From the IMG/VR virus record IMGVR_UViG_3300037782_000060, positions 1 through 39,593 of that record: a stretch of 39,593 nucleotides of DNA. One strand, written 5' to 3'. Source of the DNA: a virus (Duplodnaviria; Caudoviricetes). Positions 33,999-39,593 of this stretch are shown one piece after another (the stretch's first letter is position 1; each line of letters opens with the position of its first letter). The notes below the pieces were generated by a model that saw only the letters and a list, made by a program, of their open reading frames with translations, did no database searches and had not been told where the DNA came from. The position numbers and the translations under genes were made by a program.

Positions 33999-34304
33999 AT
34001 GAACATCGGCTACTGCCCCACCTGCACCAACCCCGACTGCAGCGCCCCGCGTGTCATGCAAACACCGCAACGCGACTGCCCGAAAGGCCAGGCATGGACA
34101 GACGGCAACCCGGTCAAGATTCGCCAGCGCGACATCATCCAGGTTGACCACAAAAGAGACTTTTTCAAAGGCATCCCCGACGGCAGCACCGTCACCCGCC
34201 GCCTGGACCAATGCCCCAAATGCACCGGCCACATGCCCGGACTCACCTGCAACGACTGCGGGTATGAATTTGAATTGGAACCAACACGGAGTGAAAAACA
34301 GTGA
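33999..34304 (+). CDS. Cys-rich zinc-binding protein
   Basis: CPTC..C and CPKC..CNDCG; overlaps the methyltransferase start. Confidence 0.55.
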   Translation: MNIGYCPTCTNPDCSAPRVMQTPQRDCPKGQAWTDGNPVKIRQRDIIQVDHKRDFFKGIPDGSTVTRRLDQCPKCTGHMPGLTCNDCGYEFELEPTRSEKQ

Positions 34305-35971
34305 ACAATCTGTTCAGGGAAATCATAGTCGACAACTTCGCCGGTGGCGGCGGTGCCAGCACCGGTATCGAGCAGGCAACGGGCCGCAGCGTGGATATTG
34401 CCATCAACCACGACCCCGACGCCATTGCCATGCACAAGACCAACCACCCTACCACCGAGCACTATGCCGAGTCGGTCTGGGACATCAACCCGCGTGACGT
34501 AGTGAAAGGCCGCGCCGTGGCGCTGGTCTGGCTCTCGCCTGACTGCAAGCATTTCAGCAAGGCCAAAGGCGGCAAACCGGTAGAAAAGAAGATCCGTGGC
34601 CTCGCATGGGTTGCCGTTCGCTGGGCTGCCACCGTCAAGCCCCGCGTCATCATGCTCGAAAACGTGGAAGAGTTCCAAACATGGGGCCCGCTCAACGGTG
34701 ACAAGCCCTGCCAGAAACGCAAAGGCCGCACCTTCAAATCATTCATCAATGCACTTAAGCGCCAAGGCTACCAGGTAGACTGGAAAGAACTCCGCGCCTG
34801 TGATTATGGTGCCCCCACCATCCGCAAGCGCCTGTTTCTGATTGCCCGCCGTGATGGCCAGCCAATCACATGGCCCAAACCAACACACGGCGCGCCCGAC
34901 AGCCTGCCAGTCAAAGCCGGCAAGCTGCTGCCATACAGAACCGCCGCCGAGTGCATTGACTGGTCAATCCCCTGCCCGTCCATATTCGACCGCAAGCGGC
35001 CACTGGCTGAGAACACCATGCGCCGGATTGCCCGTGGCATTCAGAAGTTTGTGCTTGATAACCCTGAGCCGTTCATTGTGAAGTGCAATCACACTAGCAC
35101 CAAAACAGTATATGACTGCTTCCGTGGCCACGGCATCAAGCAACCGCTTGGCACCATCACAGCATCACCCGGTTTCGCTGTCGTGCAACCATTCATCACC
35201 GAACACGCCAACGCCAGCAATCAACGCAACATGCCGATTGATGAACCGCTGCGCACCCAATGCGCTGCAGTCAAAGGTGGACACTTTGCCATGGTGGCAC
35301 CAGTCATTGCCCGCCAGTTCGGTAACAGCATTGGTCACAGCCCGCTGTCGCCGCTGGGCACGATCACCTTGGGCGGTGGCGGCAAGTCACAATTAGTCAC
35401 AGCACACCTGGCACAACATTATGGCGGTGGCTATACCGGCGCTGGCCAGCCACTATTCAAACCGGTACCGACCATCACTGGCATCGATCACAATGCGCTC
35501 GTTACCAGCAACCTGATCAAACTGCGCGGCACCAACACCGGCACCAAAACAGACGAACCAGTACCCACTATCACAGCCGGTGGTCTGCATATCGGTGAAG
35601 TCCGGGCATTCATCCTCAAATACTACGGCACCAACATCGGCCACAAAGTGGATGAGCCCCTGCAAACCATTACCGCCAAGCACCGCTTCGGTCTGGTCAC
35701 CGTCAAAGGCGAAACTTATCAGATAGTCGACATCGGCATGCGCATGCTGCAACCGCACGAACTGTTCAAAGCGCAAGGCTTCCCCGATGACTACATCATC
35801 GATGTAGACCTCAACGGCAAGAAGTACCCCAAGCACAAACAAGTGGCCCGCTGCGGAAATGCCGTGCCGCCACCCTTTGCAGAACACCTGGTGAAAGCCA
35901 ATCTGCCCGAAATGTGCCAAGGCGGTCGCCTCTACGACGAAGCCAAAACCAGACGCGGAGAAGCATCATGA
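34301..35971 (+). CDS. Orphan DNA cytosine-C5 methyltransferase
   Basis: Motif I FAGGGG, IV SPDC, VI ENV, VIII RKR, X GNAV. Confidence 0.95.
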   Translation: MNNLFREIIVDNFAGGGGASTGIEQATGRSVDIAINHDPDAIAMHKTNHPTTEHYAESVWDINPRDVVKGRAVALVWLSPDCKHFSKAKGGKPVEKKIRGLAWVAVRWAATVKPRVIMLENVEEFQTWGPLNGDKPCQKRKGRTFKSFINALKRQGYQVDWKELRACDYGAPTIRKRLFLIARRDGQPITWPKPTHGAPDSLPVKAGKLLPYRTAAECIDWSIPCPSIFDRKRPLAENTMRRIARGIQKFVLDNPEPFIVKCNHTSTKTVYDCFRGHGIKQPLGTITASPGFAVVQPFITEHANASNQRNMPIDEPLRTQCAAVKGGHFAMVAPVIARQFGNSIGHSPLSPLGTITLGGGGKSQLVTAHLAQHYGGGYTGAGQPLFKPVPTITGIDHNALVTSNLIKLRGTNTGTKTDEPVPTITAGGLHIGEVRAFILKYYGTNIGHKVDEPLQTITAKHRFGLVTVKGETYQIVDIGMRMLQPHELFKAQGFPDDYIIDVDLNGKKYPKHKQVARCGNAVPPPFAEHLVKANLPEMCQGGRLYDEAKTRRGEAS

Positions 35972-36111
35972 CCACCCGCCTCTACCACTGCACAGCCTGT
36001 CACCACGACTTTGACGCCAGGCAAGCACCAGACGACGAACCAATAAAACACTGTCCCCGCTGCGAACACCAGCAAGTGGACGAAATCACGGAAATGGAGG
36101 AAGAAGGATGA
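35968..36111 (+). CDS. FmdB-like zinc ribbon protein
   Basis: YHCTACHHDFD...CPRC; GGAG RBS; ATGA coupling. Confidence 0.6.
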   Translation: MTTRLYHCTACHHDFDARQAPDDEPIKHCPRCEHQQVDEITEMEEEG

Positions 36112-36326
36112 AGCGAAGATCGTTAATTTTCAAGCATCAAGGCCCGATGCTTATCGGCGCAACCCAATTAAAAAATTGGGATGTCCAGGAAAAGCGAACC
36201 TGCCCGGTTGCTGGTGAATATTGGGTGCCTGCAAGACCGTTATCTATGACCGGAATTAAAACCAGAATCATGCTGGCCTGGAAAGTTTTTACGGGCGAAT
36301 GTGACGCCCTCACATGGAGAAGTTAA
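36108..36326 (+). CDS. Hypothetical phage protein
   Basis: [21 protein letters not shown]; coupled to neighbours. Confidence 0.62.
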   Translation: MKRRSLIFKHQGPMLIGATQLKNWDVQEKRTCPVAGEYWVPARPLSMTGIKTRIMLAWKVFTGECDALTWRS

Positions 36327-36328
36327 TC

Positions 36329-36514
36329 ATGTTAATACTCACCCGCCGCATCGGCGAATCACTCATCATCGGCGACGACGTAGTAGTCAACGTCCTCGGC
36401 GTCAAAGGCAACCAAGTCAGAATCGGCGTGGACGCCCCAAAAGACGTCTCCGTTCACCGTGAAGAAATCTACGACCGCATCCAGGCTGAAAAGCCAAAGG
36501 CGGTGAAGTCATGA
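36329..36514 (+). CDS. csrA: Carbon storage regulator CsrA/RsmA homolog
   Basis: [48 protein letters not shown], very close to the E. coli CsrA sequence; GGAG RBS. Confidence 0.96.
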   Translation: MLILTRRIGESLIIGDDVVVNVLGVKGNQVRIGVDAPKDVSVHREEIYDRIQAEKPKAVKS

Positions 36515-36738
36515 GTATCAATATCGATTATCTAGACCAACTTTACACTGAATACTTCGACTCAGTCTCCAGGCTAAATAGCCTGGAGGCTGTCACCGAC
36601 TTTCCTGATGATCACTACTCAGACCGAGTTCATCACGAACTTGTCATGCAAGCAAAAACAGACCAGTCAAAGGCTCGTAACAGGATATATACCTACATTG
36701 AGCACCACTCTGAAACGCCAAAGGCGGTGAAGTCATGA
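36486..36738 (+). repeat. 29-bp direct repeat (36486-36514 and 36710-36738) flanking one gene
   Basis: CTGAAA(A/C)GCCAAAGGCGGTGAAGTCATGA, 28/29 identical. Confidence 0.9.
36511..36738 (+). CDS. Hypothetical protein
   Basis: 75 aa; ATGA coupling; ends PKAVKS, as CsrA does. Confidence 0.6.
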   Translation: MSINIDYLDQLYTEYFDSVSRLNSLEAVTDFPDDHYSDRVHHELVMQAKTDQSKARNRIYTYIEHHSETPKAVKS

Positions 36739-36935
36739 ACCGCATGGAAGCAGAACTTGCCATGAAGTCTGGCTCAAGGGTTCAACACACACTTTTCGGG
36801 GCTGATGAATGGATGGAGCAGAGACCAACTGACGGCAGATACATATTCGAAGATGGCTGCTCATGCGAATCAGAAGAGTTCTGGCACTACAGACAAGGCC
36901 CTGAGTGGAATAGCGGATGGAGGATAACAGAATGA
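36735..36935 (+). CDS. Hypothetical protein (possibly Tad2/DUF2829-related)
   Basis: MNxxEAxxAMKSGxRV N-terminus; terminal GW. Confidence 0.55.
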   Translation: MNRMEAELAMKSGSRVQHTLFGADEWMEQRPTDGRYIFEDGCSCESEEFWHYRQGPEWNSGWRITE

Positions 36936-37117
36936 TCGGAAAAGCAGAACTCACACAAGCACTCGCCCTGATTAGTGCCACAGGCATGCAGGCTATGCAA
37001 AACCCTGTCGGCACATTCAACCGTCTGAACAGCTACCAATCACCACGCAGAGGCAAATACGGCAGGAATCTCAACCGCACCTGCAAACTCCTGCGCCGAA
37101 TCAAAACGACTTGTTGA
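36932..37117 (+). CDS. Basic hypothetical protein
   Basis: GGAGGA RBS; ATGA overlap. Confidence 0.5.
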   Translation: MIGKAELTQALALISATGMQAMQNPVGTFNRLNSYQSPRRGKYGRNLNRTCKLLRRIKTTC

Positions 37118-37126
37118 GGTGATCTG

Positions 37127-37351
37127 ATGAGTGATGATTTTAAAGAATTAAGCATCGAGATAGAGGCAAACAACAGCAGCGGGAAACAGACGCTGCATTT
37201 TGCTTCTCAGATAGAAGATGGCGAACGCGAATACTATTTCACAATTAGTGGCGTGTATGAAGGCAAACCGTTTCAGCTGGATTTCGACTTGCTGTCAAAA
37301 GAAAAGCTTGAAGAACTGGAAGCCATGTTCAGCTTGATTCGTGAGGAATGA
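37127..37351 (+). CDS. Acidic hypothetical protein
   Basis: GAGGTG RBS; 74 aa, Asp/Glu-rich. Confidence 0.6.
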   Translation: MSDDFKELSIEIEANNSSGKQTLHFASQIEDGEREYYFTISGVYEGKPFQLDFDLLSKEKLEELEAMFSLIREE

Positions 37352-37355
37352 GGTG

Positions 37356-37538
37356 ATGGCAATTATCTACCTAAATGAAGAGGCTGGAAAAAGGGCTTAC
37401 ATGCAGGACGTTGAAAACATGCCACTGTATCCTGATGGAAAACCACGAAAGACGTGGGATGAGTTGCCAGAATTCGCAAAAAAATCATGGATAAAAAATC
37501 CATATCCACGATTCGGAAAAGAAGCGTATAAGCAATGA
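37356..37538 (+). CDS. Hypothetical protein
   Basis: Y..D....P.YPDG.PRKTW..L....K.SW..NP; coupled to the xis-like gene. Confidence 0.6.
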   Translation: MAIIYLNEEAGKRAYMQDVENMPLYPDGKPRKTWDELPEFAKKSWIKNPYPRFGKEAYKQ

Positions 37539-37738
37539 CCAACCAGAACGTCCTCACCTTTGAAGACCTTCAAGATCTAACCCAGTACGAACGGCCGGGG
37601 GATGTTGAGCGCGTGCTGCAGAAAAGCGGTATCCGCTACTTCCCCAGCCGTCGAGGCTGCTGGACGACGCTTGCGCTGGTTAATGCAGCCGGTGGTATAG
37701 TAACTATCCAGCAGCAGGATAGTGGAGACATCTTGTAA
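37535..37738 (+). CDS. Excisionase-like protein (DUF4224-like)
   Basis: LTFEDLQDLT.Y.R.....L...GIRYF; TAATG coupling to the integrase. Confidence 0.72.
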   Translation: MTNQNVLTFEDLQDLTQYERPGDVERVLQKSGIRYFPSRRGCWTTLALVNAAGGIVTIQQQDSGDIL

Positions 37739-38895
37739 TGGAAAAGCGCGGCCGTAAACGCAAGTTCAACCCCAAAATTCCTGCCCACATTAATCAGGAA
37801 CAGATCCCCGACAACTGCTACTGGGACAACTCCGGGTCCGGGCGGTGGTTTACCACCTACAAAAACGAAGCAGGCCGCCAATGCACCAAGCGTATCGCGG
37901 GGCCACTGGCCACGCTCAGCGAACTGCATAAACTCATCGAAGAACACAACGGTATCGAGCGAAACAACTATCGCTGGGTATCAAAACAATTCCAGAAAGA
38001 AGCGGCATTCACCAGTCTGGCCAGCAACACGCAGATCGGCTATGAATATGCCCACCGCCTTGTGTGCGAGTTCCCCAGCCTGACAGGTAAACCGCTTGGC
38101 GATACACCGCTTAATAAATGGACCAGCGTGACCGTGCAAAAACTGGTCGATAAACTGGCTGTCAGCAATGGTCCGCGTGCAGCAAACCTGGCACTTTCCT
38201 ACACGCGCCGACTGTTCCGTTGGGCAAAGAACCGCGGTTACATCGTCGAGAACATTGCAGAAGGTGTGGAAAAAGCCAAAGAACGCAAACGGCAGCGGCT
38301 GCCCAGTGATGAGGTCTATCTCAAGATCACCAACTACGCCAAAGCCTGCGGGCAACTCAAACCCAAAACCAAAGGCTCAGCGCCCGACTATATCTGGATG
38401 GTGCTCGAACTCGCCTACCTCTGCCGGCTGCGCGGAACAGAAGTCTGCACCATGACAGAAGCCAGAGCGAACGACATTGGCGTTATCTGCGAACGACTCA
38501 AAGGCAGCCGCACCAACATCGCACAATGGAATCCGCGCCTGCGTAAACTCTGGGACACCATCATCGCCAGGCGTGACAAAATCTGGAAAGACCAGAAGCA
38601 CGCCATCCCCCTCAAGCCAGAACAGCGCCCCCTTTTCGTCAACAACAGCGGCGATGCCCTTAAAAAATCCACCTTTGATAGCGCATTCCAGCGTCTCATG
38701 CATCGGGCCATGAACGAAGACCCGCCCATCATCACCGAAAAAGAACGCTTCAGCGCTCACGATATGAAACGAAAAGGCGCCACCGACACACCAGGCACCC
38801 GGGCAGACAAGCAAGACGCCGGCGGCTGGAAGTCACCCCAGGTGGTGGAGGTGTATGATAAATCGATTCCGGTTGTTAAACCGAGTGGGGAGTGA
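37738..38895 (+). CDS. int: Tyrosine integrase
   Basis: LRGTEV (Arg), LKGS (Lys), HDMKRK, GGW, VYD (Tyr); next to att. Confidence 0.93.
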   Translation: MEKRGRKRKFNPKIPAHINQEQIPDNCYWDNSGSGRWFTTYKNEAGRQCTKRIAGPLATLSELHKLIEEHNGIERNNYRWVSKQFQKEAAFTSLASNTQIGYEYAHRLVCEFPSLTGKPLGDTPLNKWTSVTVQKLVDKLAVSNGPRAANLALSYTRRLFRWAKNRGYIVENIAEGVEKAKERKRQRLPSDEVYLKITNYAKACGQLKPKTKGSAPDYIWMVLELAYLCRLRGTEVCTMTEARANDIGVICERLKGSRTNIAQWNPRLRKLWDTIIARRDKIWKDQKHAIPLKPEQRPLFVNNSGDALKKSTFDSAFQRLMHRAMNEDPPIITEKERFSAHDMKRKGATDTPGTRADKQDAGGWKSPQVVEVYDKSIPVVKPSGE

Positions 38896-38897
38896 TA

Positions 38898-39119
38898 ATG
38901 GATCAACAGAAGCTAAAAGACCAGACATTGGCAGCTATTGATGCATTGAGAAAAGCTGTTGAAGAAGGAACTATCGAACGCTTCAATATTTCATCTGAGT
39001 CGGTGCCACAACTAAAGAAGATAACCGGCACAGACTGGTCTAACGGAGTTAAGTTTGAACCATCACCAAAGCGGGACATTATCTTTGAAGTAACGCTCAG
39101 TTCAAAAAACCAATCATGA
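38898..39119 (+). CDS. Hypothetical protein
   Basis: GGGGAG RBS at the int end; 73 aa. Confidence 0.5.
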   Translation: MDQQKLKDQTLAAIDALRKAVEEGTIERFNISSESVPQLKKITGTDWSNGVKFEPSPKRDIIFEVTLSSKNQS

Positions 39120-39198
39120 CTGGCGCTAATTCTCCCCTTACATAACTCAAAACCACCCTATAAACTGATTCATAGCCTAACTAGCAAAGGTAACCGCC

Positions 39199-39387
39199 AT
39201 GGATAAGTGCATCTACCACACAAGCAAACTCATCAAATCAAAAGAAGTCCGAGCCGATCGCCAGATAACAGGAAGGACAATTCAAAAGTGCCGGCACCCA
39301 GACTTCAAGCAAGCCATATTTAATAAGCTGGAATGCGGAGGTGATTTGGCAAAATGCCAAGTGGAAGGATACGGGAAAAACGCCTGA
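39199..39387 (+). CDS. Cys-containing hypothetical protein
   Basis: 62 aa, four Cys, AAGG RBS. Confidence 0.4.
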   Translation: MDKCIYHTSKLIKSKEVRADRQITGRTIQKCRHPDFKQAIFNKLECGGDLAKCQVEGYGKNA

Positions 39388-39494
39388 TTTTCTCCCTAAA
39401 ATAATCTATAAGCCTTTGTTTTATAAACCCCTGAAACACTGCTTTTACCTAAAATAAATGCGCATAACCTATTGAAGTAAAAGCTAATTACGTC

Positions 39495-39593
39495 TGACTG
39501 TTAATCATTGGGTCGCTGGTTCGAGTCCAGCTCGGGGAGCCAAGGATACCAAGGGTTTACGTTTTTGACGTAAGCCCTTTTTTATTGTCTCCC
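39495..39593 (+). repeat. att direct repeat, right copy (tRNA-Asn 3' fragment plus terminator)
   Basis: Identical to 213-311; lacks the tRNA 5' part; runs to the window edge. Confidence 0.96.

Larger units (their letters stand above)
213..39593. mobile_element. Complete lambda-like prophage integrated at tRNA-Asn
   Basis: 99-bp flanking direct repeats, tyrosine integrase beside the right repeat, full head/tail/lysis/replication/immunity modules, no obvious broken genes. Confidence 0.96.

Noticed and set aside
34010-34678. 222-aa minus-strand ORF
   Set aside because: Antisense to the methyltransferase and its upstream gene; shadow ORF.
34301-35971. Restriction-modification system
   Set aside because: No adjacent endonuclease gene; the location in the early operon fits an orphan phage methyltransferase.
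39495-39542. Second tRNA-Asn gene
   Set aside because: Only the 3' part from the anticodon stem onward is present; it is the att duplication.

Overview
The window holds one apparently complete lambda-like (siphovirus-type) prophage of about 39.3 kb. It is integrated in a tRNA-Asn(GTT) gene and bounded by a 99-bp perfect direct repeat (213-311 / 39495-39593). The host is probably a gammaproteobacterium (inferred from sigma70 promoters, CsrA and lambdoid modules). Minus strand, read right to left: cro, LuxR-type HTH, P-loop kinase, replication initiator with iterons, two P-like loader genes, Q-like antiterminator, pR'/tR', holin-like gene, a stand-alone CheY-like receiver, cos, terminase, portal, ClpP-capsid fusion, tail genes with a G/G-T frameshift, fibre/lectin genes and a lipoprotein-DUF1353-GH108 endolysin cassette. 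Plus strand: a repressor operon (cI-like, HipA-like kinase, DUF3037-like, BRCT, DUF4124-like) and a long early operon (XRE, stand-alone DUF3037-like, Lar-like, a structured non-coding tract, C5-methyltransferase, csrA, xis-like, tyrosine integrase). The best candidate for a new system is the kinase/DUF3037/BRCT module in the rexAB position, paired with a second, truncated DUF3037-like gene at the head of the lytic early operon; this suggests a defence module plus the phage's own antidote. Also notable are phage copies of host signalling parts (CsrA, an orphan receiver, a LuxR HTH) and several structured RNA candidates. All family assignments come from motif recognition by eye; no searches were run.
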